Of a stretch of 64,000 nt of DNA, positions 43,694 through 57,310 are shown piece after piece. The stretch lies in the NCBI RefSeq assembly GCF_009914755.1, contig NC_060947.1; one strand, given 5' to 3'. The DNA comes from the human T2T-CHM13v2.0 reference genome, Homo sapiens. The translations under genes were made by a program, and so were the position numbers. The notes below the pieces were generated by a model. It saw only the letters and a list, made by a program, of their open reading frames with translations, was not told where the DNA came from and did no database searches. Numbering within the stretch: position 1 is the first letter of the stretch; each line of letters opens with the position of its first letter.

Positions 43694-46600
43694 TAATACT
43701 CAAATGCTTCCAGCAGCCAGGCAGGTCATGTCCACAGTGTGAGGTGGACCAGGTGTGTGAAGCAACAACTGAAGGAAAAATTGGAGAGTACTAGCTGTAC
43801 TGACTCAACCCTAGCTGATTGCTGCCATGTGAGATTGAGAATCCAATATTACTAGGCCCTCTGATTTATAAGAGACACCTGAAGTCTGGATTTTTGTGTG
43901 GAAATCCGTAAATTGTAAAGCACTCTGTAGACCAAATAAAACAGCCTGTATGCTAAATTCAACATGGGGACTGCATGTTTGTGGCTTTTGCCTTTGAAGA
44001 TTTGGTTCAGTAGGACTTTTATTAAACAAGCGACTGACTGTGTGACTGACTCAGACTCTGTTCCACTATTTCCATCTCTAGCAGTGAGTGGAAAAAAATT
44101 TAAAGAAAGAAAACCTGAAGTGGCCTGGAGAGCAGTTAAAAGACAAACTGGGAACAGCATTCAGAAGCCATCCTAATCACACCATCCAGTAGACTAGTCG
44201 ATCCAACAAGAGTGAAAGGGGCACAATTTATGGATGTAATACTATGGGACGGGTATTGACAAATGGATCACCTTAGAAAAGTGAGTGATTTAGATGATGA
44301 AGCAAGTTGGTGTCCAGTATTACAGATAAAGGAAGAGCCCTGGGGATGAAGCACCCGCCTTAAAGCTGCCCTGAAGCGGTGTGATGTGAAGCACTGAAGG
44401 GAACAAATCATTGGCATATGTTCTCTCTCCTCCATGTTCACTATGAGCAGGCAGTTAACATGATCTGAATGTACGTGTCCTGATTATCACATGAACATGT
44501 ACCTCATTTGTACCTTTTGTGTGACCTAATAAGGAACAACCACAGCAGTCAATAGTTCTTGGATGCATTAAGGGAACATTCACATGACTGACTGTGCATT
44601 TCATAATTGACTGTTCTTTTGCACAGTGCAGAAATCTCATGACCAGCTTGCAGCAGTTTCTTTGTCTTTCCTCCTAGGCTTTATTCTCCTTTTCTGGATG
44701 ACCCTGGCCTTTCCTAGCCTACCCAGCCCACCCTGGATGACATCTTTGTCTCTTATCTGCCTCTTTTAAATGTTTCAATGACCTGTTTTCTCTGCAGCTC
44801 ATCTCCTCAGATCCTTGCTTTCTCCTGGGGTTAATCTAATGTCTCAATGAGCTAAAAAATTCATGACTGATAAAGACCAAAAATGCTTCTCTTCTCAGCT
44901 AACATATTTGCAATTTAATAGATATTTCAATTCTGTAACTCATAGGCATAACTAATGGTGGGAATTTCTGGGGACTTTGCAGGGCCTGTGGGGGGCATTT
45001 CCCAGAGTGTCACAATCTACCCTGCAGGTGGCTGCTTGTTCCTTCTAGAAACAAGGTCAACAATATTCATGACCTTGGGGAACTAGAAGAAAAAAAATCC
45101 TACTGAGGATCACTGAAAAAAAAAGGGCCTTGGATGTCAGTCCATAGAGTGACTTTTTTCCTTCTTCTGCATTTTTATTTTGTCTCTCCTTTCTTTCCCT
45201 TATTTCCTTCATTCTGCCTCAACCTATGACACAGGGCTATCTATTAACCCTATTGATGACAACCATGGAGAGATTGCCAGTCTTTGTCCCAGGAAAGTTT
45301 TTGTATCATGTTTCTATGCCCTACAGGGAGATGAACAAATACTATTAACTTTCCCATAAGAAGAAAGACAGTCTTATTTTTCTGTAGAGTCAGGGGCTGT
45401 GAGAGCATTCATTCCTGTGGGCTTATTTTGCAAGCAACTGTGCAGGAGACCAGTTTGGATAGCTGGGGTTGAACAAGTTAGAGCACATGACAGCAGTATA
45501 TGGCAAACGTGTGCAATCCAGGCCAGTTCTACTCCAATGGCTCTCGTCCATCACCTAAGGTGACCATTGACTCCTTGGCTGCCTTCTCTGACACCAAGTT
45601 AGTGCTGGGGGAAGGGATTCTTAGGAAGGGGTTACACTGTGACTCCTAGCTATGTAGTTTCCTGAGATCCATGGGAGCAGATTTTCCTAGGTCCATTATG
45701 TATATTCTTGGGAGTCTCAGTTACCTTGTTCTCTCCCAGCCTGAAAGCAGTGGTTTGAGCAAGCTGAGAATATTCTATCAAGGCACCCTTCCATAGGAAT
45801 GAAAACTAGGAGCTTGGTACAGAGGGAGACCAGCCATGAACTAGATCCAATAGAGTAGAGCAGATGCTCAGAGAACTATCATTTATTAGGTCAAGGATTA
45901 TACTTTATAATCAGTCAAAGCTTCTCACAACCTCAAAAGGCTGGTGATTATTTCCTATATTTTATAAGGGAAGAAATGAACAGTCAGAGAAGCTAAGTTA
46001 CTTGTTATGATCACACACCATAGTAAGTGATGGAGCTAGGATTTGAATCCACGTTTATTTCAAAACATTACTCTTAAAGCACCCTGTTACAAATTACCTG
46101 AATGGGTCCTGCTCAATACATGTCACTAGTTCTATTCCTTCCTGCTTGCCTGCCTGCTTCATGCTTTTTCCACTCCTCTTTGCTACTACATGTTTTACAT
46201 TTCCGTAATTTCCTCGTGAAGCCATCACAGACTAACCTCATCTTATAATCGCCTATTTTTTCTCCTGAATTCCCTCAATAATTTTGCAAAAGTTTTCACC
46301 ACATTGCCTGATACTAATTTATAGTAATAATTTATGAGAGATCTTCTTTGTGTAGATCTTGTAGCACCAATTACATTAGGGCTCTTCAAGATCTGCTGCT
46401 CCCTATACAAAGCTTTGCCTTACTATTTAGATACAACATAAAATTATGGAACTAGGAGCTAGGCTCTGTGTTTCATAAATATCATCTCATTTGATCAGCT
46501 CAGAATCCTGTAAGGTATGTCATTTTAGCCCTGCTTTATAGATGTGGAAATTGAAATTTGGGGAATTTAAGTAATTTTTTTCTCAATGTTCTACAGCAAC

Positions 46601-46716
46601 TAAATGATAATGGTGGAATAAAGCCTCAGGTGGTTGTTTTTCCAAAGCCTGAGCCCCTCCCACTAGTAAATGCTTATAAAATTATCTGCTGCACACATTA
46701 CTATGATATGGTTTGA

Positions 46717-47043
<327 letters not shown>

Positions 47044-47044
47044 C

Positions 47045-48698
47045 ATCTTAGTTATTTCTTGTCTTTTGCCATGCTCATGGATAGGAAGAATCAATATCAT
47101 GAAAATGGCCATACTGCCCGAAGTAATTTATAGATTCAAGGCTATTCCCATCAAGCTACCACTGACTTTCTTCAAGGAATTGGAAAAAAACTAATTTAAA
47201 CTTCATGTGGAACCAAAAAAGAGCCTGCATAGCCAAGACAATCCTGGGTGAGAAGAACAAAGCTGGAGGCATCATGCTACCTGACTTCAAACTCTACTAC
47301 AAGGCTACAGTAACAAAAACAGCATGGTACTGGTGCCAAAACAGATATATAGACCAATGGAACAGAACGGTGGCCTCAGAAATAACACCACACATCTACA
47401 ATCATCTGATCATTGACAAACCTGATGCAAACAAGCAATGGGGAAAAGATTCCCTATTTAATAAATGGTGTTGGGAAAACTGCCTAGCCACATGCAGAAA
47501 ACTGAAACTGGACTCCTTCCTTACACCTTATACAAAAATCAACTCAAGATGGATCAAAGACTTAAATGTAAGACCTAGGACCATAAAAGTCCTAGAAGCA
47601 AACATGGGCAATACCATTCAGGACATAGACATGGGCAAAGACTTCATGTCTAAAACACCAAAAGCAATTGCAACAAAAGCCAAAATAGACAAATGGAATC
47701 TAATTAAACTAAAGAGCTTCTGCACAGCAAAAGAAGCTATCATCAGAGTGAACAGGCAACCTACGGAATGGGAGAAAATTTTTGCAATCTATCCATCTGA
47801 CAAAGGGCTAATATCCAGAATCTACAAATAACTTAAACAAATTTACAAGAAAAAAAAAACGCATCAAAAAGTTGGCAAAGGATATGAACAGACACTTCTC
47901 AAAAGAAGACACTTATGCAGCCAACAGACATATGAAGAAATGTTCATCGTCACTGGTCATTAGAGAAATGCAAATCAAAACCACAATGAGATACCATCTC
48001 ACACCAGTTAGAATGGTGATCATTAAAAAGTCAGGAAACAACAGATGCTGGAGAGGATGCAGAGAAATAGGAATGCTTTTACACTCTTGGTGGGAGTGTA
48101 AATTAGTTCAACCATTGTGGAAGACAGTGTGGTGATTCTGCAAGGATCTAGAACTAGAAATACCATTTGACCCAGCCATCCCATTACTGGGTATATACCC
48201 AAAGGATTATAAATCATTCTACTATAAAGGCACATGCGCCCATGTTTATTGCAGCACTCTTCACAATAGCAAATACTTGGAACTAACCCAAATGTCCAGC
48301 AATGATAGACTGGATAAAGAAAATGTGGCACATGTACACCATGGAATACTGTGCAGCCATAAAAAAGGATGAGTTCATGTCCTTTGCAGGGACATGGATG
48401 AAGCTGGAAACCATCATTCTCAGCAAATTATCACAAGAATAGAAAACCAAACACCGCATGTTCTCACTCATAAGTGGGAGTTGAACAATGAGAACACATG
48501 GACATAGGGAGGGGAACATCACACACCGGGGACTTTTGGGGAGTAGGGGTCTAGGGGAGGGATAGCATTAGGAGAAATACCTAATGTAGGTAACGGGTTG
48601 ATGGGTGTGGCAAACCACCATGCCAGGTGTATACCTATGTAACAAAACTGCCCGTTCTGCACATGTACCCCAGAACTTAAAGTATAATCATAAAAAAA
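47045..48698 (+). mobile_element. L1PA6/7-like 5'-truncated LINE-1 with a 25-bp inverted remnant at its 5' junction
   Basis: ORF2 fragments 47205-47831 (208 aa) and 47872-48135, 3'UTR and short A tail; 47045-47069 is antisense L1 (RQEITK). Confidence 0.92.
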
Positions 48699-48751
48699 TA
48701 CTTAGTATGATGATTGAGAAATAGTAGGTACTTAATACATCATATTAATTG

Positions 48752-49097
48752 CAGTCATGCATGCATAATGATATTTTTGTCAATGATGGACTGTATATAA
48801 AACGGTGGTCCCATAAGATTATAATACTGTATTTTTACTGTACCTTTTCTATGTTTAGTTATATTTAGATACACAAATCCTTACCATTGTGTTACAATTG
48901 TCTGTAGTATTCAGTACACTAACATGCTGTACAGGTTTGTAGCCTAGGAGCAATAGGCTATATCATATAGCCTAAGTGTGTAGGAGGCTATACCATCTAG
49001 GTTTGGTAAGGACAATCTATGATACTTATACCATGATGAAATCACCTAATGACACATTTCTCAAAATGTATTCCCATTGTTAAGCAATTCATGACTA
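48752..49097 (+). mobile_element. Tigger3a (MER7A) non-autonomous DNA transposon
   Basis: CAGTCATGC...GGTGGTCCCATAAGATTATAATAC...CATGACT terminal inverted repeats. Confidence 0.85.
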
Positions 49098-50399
49098 TAT
49101 TATAATTAGTATTATTATCATCATCATTATTATTACAGGAAAGTTTTCAAAGGTGAGTTCATGGCCATTTCATGACAAGAAAGCAGTCTGACAAATGGTC
49201 TAAGACAAATTGCTGTTGTTAATAGGGTGCTTCATTTACAGAGCTTGAATGGAAAAAAAATAGAAAGTTAACTAGGGGGCTATTAAAAAGCAAAGAGCCA
49301 TATAAATAGGTATTAATATTTCAGGCAGAAATATTTTATTCAAGGAGATGCAATCATGTGGAATAATTTGTCAATTAAGGTGGTCAGGGCAAGTATTGTT
49401 GTCTGTATAAATGAGTTTTTGCAGCCAGCAAGAATTTTAAGGGATGTATGAGCCAAGAGCAAAAGCTGCTAAGACAAAGCTGAGGTGGAAATGAGTCCGG
49501 AGGACAAGCATGTTGAGGAAACTGGACTTTTCCTGTCTAGCATTTCCTTATGTCATTATGATTAATCCCTGGTGGTTTATAAAGGCAGTTAAATGGCCTC
49601 CTTTGGCATCAAATAGGAAAATAATTCATCAGTTCAAGTCTGTAAATCATTTCTTGGTACTGGAAGTACTTTATATAGTTAGAAATGTCTCCATGATTTG
49701 TCACTGGGCTCCAGTGGGGATCCTGAAGAGCAACTGGCAACCACCAGATGCAGAGGCCTATGTGATGAGTCTCATGGGCATGGGTCTGCAGGGAAAGAAG
49801 ATTGGTTCCTTTCTGGGGTACATTGCCTTGATCCTCTCTGACTGGCCTGGAGGAATAACCACTTCTGTGTCTGTCATATAGTAGTCACTTAGTATGTTTG
49901 TTGAATGAATGAATTTACATATTTTGTGTGTTTTGAGTCCTTTGCATTGGAGCTCATCTTACAGTGTCTGATAACTCTCTCTAGCTATATTCTGGGAAAA
50001 TGAGATAGAAGGGCAGTAATAATGATGTTTTGAAGCTACTGGGTCAGTACCCTAGTTATTTGCTTAATGTTGATGGTCAAGACATCATAGTCTCACCATA
50101 AACTGTAGCATAATAGTTGAATGAAAAATAATTGTGCTGTAATTTTTTATGATAAAAGGCATTTTAAATCACAGTTTAATTACCCAATCCCCCTTGCTCT
50201 TAAAATCAACATTTTTTGATTTTGTTATCCTTACATTTTGTGCTAGTAAAATTATCTTCATGATGCTATTTAATTTACCTCCTGGCGAGCATATGAGGTG
50301 AAAGGTAAAAAGGACATTTTGGGACAAGTGAAAAAATATCTAATGAAGTGGAAACCGTTATTCACCCTCACTCCACATGTAATACATTTGATATTCTTT

Positions 50400-51070
50400 T
50401 AACATTCATCAAATACTCATTGTTCTGGGTAAATAGATAAACTAAAAAAGGTATGATGTCTGTCCTGAGTGAGCTTGAAGTATAATGAGAGGGGGGAGAA
50501 TAGACAGAGATTAAGTGAATAAACATATGGATACATGTATAATTATATATTGCAATATATCATTATAAGGAAAATAACAAAGACTAATTGAGATTGGGGA
50601 TGGCCTACTTGAACAAAATAAAGTTGAGGCTGGACCCTGATGGTTAAGAAAAAGCCATCTAGATGAAGAGCGGGTGAAAAATATTTTAGAGGGAACAGCA
50701 TGTGTCAGCTATAAAAGAAAGATGATGGTGGCTTGGGTCAGAAGGGTAGTAATAGAGGTAGTAAAAAGTAGACAGATTTAAGAGATATTATAGAGATAGA
50801 ATGACTATACTTCCTCATGATGATTCCTGGGTTTTTGGTTTTACTAATAGGGTAGACAGTAGTGCTATTTCCTGAAATGAGGAAGACTGAGGGAGGTCAG
50901 ATTTTGTGAGGGGTTACAAAAGTTCTGTTTTGGCCATGTTTTAGAAATACTTATTATATACTCTAGAGGGGATGTAGAGTAGACAGTTAAATATATGAAT
51001 CTGGCATTCAGGGAAAAGTTTGAACTAGATATATAAAATTTGGAGCTGTCTGTATGGTATATAGGATGAG
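50400..51070 (-). mobile_element. L2 fragment
   Basis: CATTCATCAAATAC 3' end and degenerate L2 body. Confidence 0.6.
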
Positions 51071-51889
51071 CTGCAATAAAGTACTAAATTGTGTGGGGCA
51101 ATTGATGATTACTATAGGAGATCAATGCAAACTGCAGCTCCTAGGCCCTATGTTACATATTTTCTCCAGAATTGTGAACAGTATAAGAAAGCTACTTGTC
51201 ATGATTTTTTGAAACCTCATCAAATTGTTAAATATTAAGCATGATAATTGTACCTATATTTTTTCTGCTATATGGGGATGATATCTTGTATTTAGCTGAC
51301 ATTTGAATCCTTCAGAGCTAGAAGAATATAACTAATGCCACACTAAATACAGTCACTATTTATGATATGTGCTGGGTGCCATATTAATCATTTTACACAC
51401 ATTATTGCTAATCTTTACCACAGTACTGAATAGTACAGGCCCCAATTTATAGATAAAGGAACTCAAACTTGAGAAGTTACACAACTTGCCCAAGGCAACA
51501 AAGCAAGTTTTGGGGGGTCTTTTCCCCATTCCATTTCCACACATTAGGAAAAGTGACTCTACATTTCCTTTTGGATTCTTCCAATTTCCAAAGTCTCTTA
51601 CAACCCAAGGAACAGAAAGAAATATTGAGATATGCACATTTGCTGCTAGATTTCCTTGCTATTGAATAAAAGCCTGTCTGTAAGTGTCTGGTGCACATGC
51701 ACAGCCTGCTGTTGGGATACCCATCACTTGTTAACTGCCTGCCTGGACTAGCAACTGTCTTCAAACCCTCTGTATACCATACTGAATTCTTAGTTGGAGG
51801 TCTGCCACCAACAGGAGGGCAACTCCCTGTGTGTGGTACAATGAAGGGAGAATAAAGCCTGGTACATAGTTGGCTCTCAATAAATGATA

Positions 51890-52090
51890 GCTAATATTAT
51901 TATAATTTTCTTTATCTTATGCAATGACGACTTCTCAAAGTCCCTATGAAATATGTATTATTATCTTACTGGTGAGGAAATCAAGACTCAGCAAGGTTAA
52001 GTAACTTGCCCGGGTCACACAGCTAATGAGGAACTGAGTTGGGATTTGAAGGCCACTCTCTGATTCTGAAACTTAAGATTCATGCATTTC
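51890..52090 (-). mobile_element. MIR
   Basis: GAGGAAATCAAGACTCAGCAAGGTTAAGTAACTTGCCCGGGTCACACAGCTA. Confidence 0.75.
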
Positions 52091-54194
52091 TCAAGTTTAA
52101 TGACTGAGTGAAGCCAGGGGTGTCATTGGAGAATATCAAGAGATAACGTTAGATAGAGAAAGTAGGTCTAATTACTGGAGGGCCTTGAATGTCAGGAAGA
52201 ATAATTCATATACTTAGCCTATTTGGGTATATGTGCCACAAAAGAGCTATGATTTTTCCTCACTGATAAAGAAGTTCGAGTTTTTGGACATCAGGTACCT
52301 GTTTCCAAGCTGAATGCCCTAACAGCTGTGAGTAACACCTGCTCCTTGCACCTGTGCAAACTCAGAGACTTACCTTCTCTGGTGCTGATTCGCATAACAT
52401 TCTTTCTCCTATTTTCTCATTTTAACTCAACTCAATGAAGATCTTCTGAGTATCTTTTCTCTGCCAAGGCACTATGCTAGTTGCTGCTTCACTGGTTGTT
52501 GGGAGCATGCAGTTAAATGTAATCACACCAACTGGCCTGTATAGGTTTGTGAGGTGGAAAAGTCTAGGAAGAAAGATACTTGAGAAATAGCCAATGTCTT
52601 TTTTTGGAGCCCCTGCAAGAGAAAGCATAAGTTTATCCTGTCCTATTAACCAAATAATCTCTAATGATTGGAGATGTCTTTTTAAATTAATTAATTAATT
52701 TCTACTTGCTGGGAATTCTAGCTACACAGACTTTTGATTTAGCCAGTAATATTTTCAAACTATAAGTAGCTTAAAATGTGGATTAGAACTAGAAGGGACT
52801 TTGAATAGCATACAGTCTGATTCCCCTCATTCTGTAGATGAGGTAGCAGAAGCCTGGAGAGATTAATTTATGTGCCCCCAAAGACACAGCTTGGCAGTAA
52901 CTAAGTTGATACTTTCTCCAATACAATGGTGCTTTCTGCCACTTTCTAATACTCCACAGTGTCTTTCTGACTTAGTCCTGAGCCTTGCCTAGGAGGCTTT
53001 TTTATGCCAAATTTAATCAATGTTCCATTTTAATTGAAATATTTAAGTCAGATTAATGTAAAGCCTTCAGAGAGTTCTGCTAATCTGGTTTATAAAAGTC
53101 ACTCAGGCAAAACTGTGAAAGTATATAGGATTTCTGACATTTTCCAGAAGCCATTAGCTTATGTTCTTCAATAACTCTTAGAATATATGTCAAAGGAGGA
53201 CAATTTTCCAACTAACCTTGGCACACTCCATATGTATTCCTTTTTGGTTGGTTCATAAATCAGTTTTCTAATTCAAAGATGTTTTAATCCTCAAAACATG
53301 CACTCTTCCTTAATGATTGTATGCATTACAATATTACCCCACAAACTAGTTTATGAATATTAAAGTTTATTAGTAGGGAGATACCAGGAAGCAGAACTGA
53401 GAAAATAACTCCAGCAGTCTCCCTTGCTTGAAAGGAAATACGATGGAATGAAAAGGGCACAGGCTTTAAAGTCAGAAAGACATGGTTTCAAATTCTTTTC
53501 TTACCATTTACCCCCTGGATGACCTTGGGGAGATTATTGAACCCCTTTGAGCCTCTACTTCCTCATCTGTTTGTATATCTTTGCTTACAGAGCTGTTGGG
53601 AGAATTTGAGATGACAGAGTAGATGATAGCTATTTCCACTTTGCTATTGTCATTATGACTGTTATTTACTGTTCCTACTACTAGTACTATTAGAACTACT
53701 GCTACTACTACCACCATTAATCTGCTTTGCAGCCTCAAAAAAAAAAAAACGAAGATGCTTTATACTACTACTATCACCATTAATCTACTTTGTATCCTGC
53801 AAAAAAAATGAGAATCAGCTGAAGAGCAGAAAAAACTTAAGACAGAGTAAGACAACGATAGAACAAAACAGCCTTTTTTTTTTTTAAAAAAACAACTTCT
53901 ATTAACACATTGCCAGCCAGAAAGTTCAAACAACCTACTGAATAAAGATAGTACCTTAGTCAAGTTATGGAAAATATATTTTTACAAATGAAATTGTTAA
54001 GATAATAACCCTTTCATTAAACCACTCTGTATATTCCATCAGGACAGGAATCATATCTATTTTGCCCTTTTGTATTCCTATCACTTTAGTAAGGTCTTGA
54101 CATAGAGTTGGAGATGAAAGAATATTTGTTGAATGAACAAATAAAATCCCTAAAGGTAAAAATAAGTATTATTCAGCTGCTATTGTTTCTTCAT

Positions 54195-55330
54195 TAGTGT
54201 ATTCATTAACCTATTGAAAAATATCTGTGCTCCTATTATATGATAAGCGTTGTGCTAAGCCCTGGGAATGAAGTGGTAAAGAAAATCACGCACAGTTCTT
54301 GTCTTTAAGAGCTTAAAATCTAGTGGAGAAAACAGCCCTTAAACCATCACACAAATAAGTATGAAGTTTTAATTGTGAAATTGCTATGGCGGAAAGAAAT
54401 GCATGGACTAAAATAACATGTGTTAGGGGAATTTGACCTAATCAGTGAGATCAGGAAAGGCTTCTTGGAGGAAGTAAATCTTAAGCAGAGATATAAAGAG
54501 TAAGTGAGCATTAACTAGGAAAGACAGGGAAGGAGAGGCTTTTGGGACAAAAGGGTCAGCATGTGCAAGCGTGCCCTGTAGAGGGATCATGGTGAATACC
54601 AGGAGCTAAAATAAGGCCAACTACAGCTGGCTGGAGTGAAGTGAGGAAGCAAGAAACTAGAATAAGCTTAGGCTAGAGGGGTAGGTAAGGGACAGACAGT
54701 GCAGAGCCTTTGCCACATTCAAGATTTTCTCTTCATCTTAACAGTAAGAGGAAGACATAAAAGTGATTTTAAGGAAGGGTGTGGGTGTGACATCATCAAA
54801 TAGTTTCAGTGTGGAGAATGAATTGAAGAGAAGCCTGAATAGTTATGCTTGCACTAGTCCAGGCTAGAGGTGATAGTAACTTGGACTAGGGTGGAAGTTG
54901 TGACTATAGAGAAAAGTAGATGCATTTTAGGGCTAGTTAGAAGGTAAAATCAACAAGACTTGGTGATGGCTTAGATGTGGAGTATCAGATAAATAGATGA
55001 GTGTCTCTTAAGTGATGATTAGGTTTCTTGCTTGTCTAATTGGAAGGATTGTGGTACCTTTTAGTGACAGGTCCGGGTATGACAAGGTTCATTCAATCAC
55101 AAATCTTTATATGTGCTACTATGTATCAGGCACCATGTTAGGTGTTAGAAATTCAGGAATTTCTAAATTATGGTTCTTATCTACAAGAAGCCCACAGTCT
55201 AGTAGGGAAGGGAGTACAGAAAATCAACAAGTAGTTACAGTGCAACAATGAGCTAGCTTGATAGAGGAATGCCAAGAGTGCTATGGAAGCCCAGAGGAGG
55301 AGAATCACCTAGCAAATGGGCAGAGTTGCA
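54195..55330 (-). mobile_element. L2 fragments (two adjacent copies)
   Basis: L2 3' ends near 54200 and 55090; CAGGAAAGGCTTCTTGGAGGAAGT motif. Confidence 0.6.
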
Positions 55331-55749
55331 GAACTGTGGGGAAAGCCAAAAAAGTGGAGTTGGGTTATTTTGGACTTGGTATGCAATAATTTGTCAGACC
55401 TGTTCACTAGACATTAAATTTTGAAAGAGAAAGAGTCCTTTTTTTTCCTTCCTCATCTCCTGCTTAGTGTAATAAGCAACCTGGTTGTATATTCCATGGC
55501 TGAGAGTGGAGACAATTCCTGATGTCACTGGCTGATTTCAAAATCTTTGCAGAACTATTCATATGTTCCTCTTCCTTTACAAGATATAATAGGCTTCAGA
55601 AAAGTGGTGTGTAAATCATATTGGGGTAAATTAAATCCTACTTTAAATGAACTGAGTCATTTGCTATCTACTTTTGAAAAAAAAAAACAGCATTCTCTAA
55701 TTTTTTCACATATATTTCCATTTAATTCTTCAAGTTTCTTTAAGGCAAT

Positions 55750-55793
55750 AAGGGATCCAGTTTCAGCTTTCTGCATATGGCTAGCCAGTTTTC
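55750..55793 (-). mobile_element. 44-bp internal L1PA ORF2 fragment without a poly-A tail
   Basis: AAGGGATCCAGTTTCAGCTTTCTGCATATGGCTAGCCAGTTTTC, flanked by the direct repeat TTTCTTTAAGGCA. Confidence 0.85.
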
Positions 55794-56429
55794 TTTAAGG
55801 CAGTGCCCATTTTTTTATTGTTTTATTTATATAACTTCTAAATATATTTTACACATACTTTATTTTAAATCAACTTTATTGAGGTATAATTTACATTCAA
55901 TAAAAATGTACCCATTAATGAGTTTTGATGTATAATATGTACCCTAAAAATATGTGTAGCCCTAAAAAGTTGCAGTAAATCTCCTTCACCCCAGTCCCAG
56001 GCAACCACCTATCTGCTTTTTGACATTAAATTTGTCTTGGTGGGGCTCACATTTAATGGCCTCCAGTGAATATTGTCGTGAGCACATATTAGGGGAAAGC
56101 CACTTTCTTTTATTTCAATTAGAATTCTTATATCCCAACCTTAATGCTATAAAGAAAATACTGATCTTATCATGCTTGTTTTAGTATGCTTTTTGGGGTT
56201 GTTTTGGTGGTGGTTTCACAGAGAGAATTCTTGAAAAGATAATCTGTGGGGGCTACAAAATTATGGGCCTTGATTTACAGGCAGTCAGTCATTTCCTCAC
56301 TAACTACGTTACCATTATGTATTGATACTCTCTTTTTTTTGTTAAAACTGTCAATTTTTTTAACTTTCGTAAGTCAGTGATAGTATATAGGAATGGGCTC
56401 AGGATTTGCCATGTAGACCAGAGTTCAGA

Positions 56430-57310
56430 CTTTAAGGAACAACCAGGAGGCTGGAGTGGTTGGGGCAGAGAGAGTAGTGGAGAGAAAATTAGGAGATGAG
56501 GTCAGAAAGATGGTGATGGTGGGGGATCAGATCATGTAGGGCTATGCAGGCCATTGTAAAGAGTTTGGCTTTCACTCTTAGATGGAAAGCCATTGAAGGG
56601 TTTTGAACAGAGGCTTGGCATGGCCAGGTTTATTTTACAAGGAGAACTCTGGATATTGGATAGAACATAGACTGAAGGGGGCAAGGACTGGAGCAGGGAG
56701 AGCAATCAGGAGGCTATTGCTATAGTCCAGAGGGAAGATGATTATGGCTTAAACCAGGGTTTAGCAGTGAAAGGAATTAAAAGTTGTAGAGTTCCAGTTA
56801 TATTTTGAAGATAGAACCAACAAGTTTTCTGATATATTGAACATGGGGTACTAGAATAAGTAATAAGTCACAGGCAAATCCAGATTTTTTGGCCTGTATA
56901 ACTAGAAGTGTAGAGTTGTTGATTAATGAGATGGGGAAGATGGAATCAGGAGTTTGGTTTTGGACATTTGAGATGCCTCTTAGACATCTAAGTAGAAATG
57001 TTGGATGGGCAGTTGGATATGTGAGTTCAAGGGAGAAGTCTACCATGGAGAAATAAATATGGGAGCGAACAGCATGTAAGTTGTAAGCAAATCTATGATA
57101 TCACTGAAGAATGTAGATAGAATAGGTTCAAGCTCTGAGCTGTGGGTACATGCCAGCATTAGAGGCTGGGGAGATAAGAGAGAAACAGTAAGGAAGATTG
57201 AGGAGGAGTATTCAATCAGGCAAAGGGGAAAACTAATAGGAAGTAAGTAAAGATAGTGCTCTCAAGAGGATGGGAGTGAAGGACTGTGTTGAAGCTGTTG
57301 ATTGGTCATG
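56430..57310 (-). mobile_element. L2a fragment
   Basis: GATGGAAAGCCATTGAAGGGTTTTGAACAG and ATATTTTGAAGATAGAACCAACA motifs. Confidence 0.75.

Noticed and set aside
47205-47831. Longest ORF (208 aa) as a gene
   Set aside because: It is a fragment of L1 ORF2 in a truncated copy, bounded by premature stops.
49510-49881. 123-aa ORF in non-repeat-looking sequence
   Set aside because: No recognisable domain, splice context or promoter; the length is within chance expectation for 64 kb.
51803-51823. CTCF-like CCAACAGGAGGGCA
   Set aside because: Core spacing does not fit the motif.
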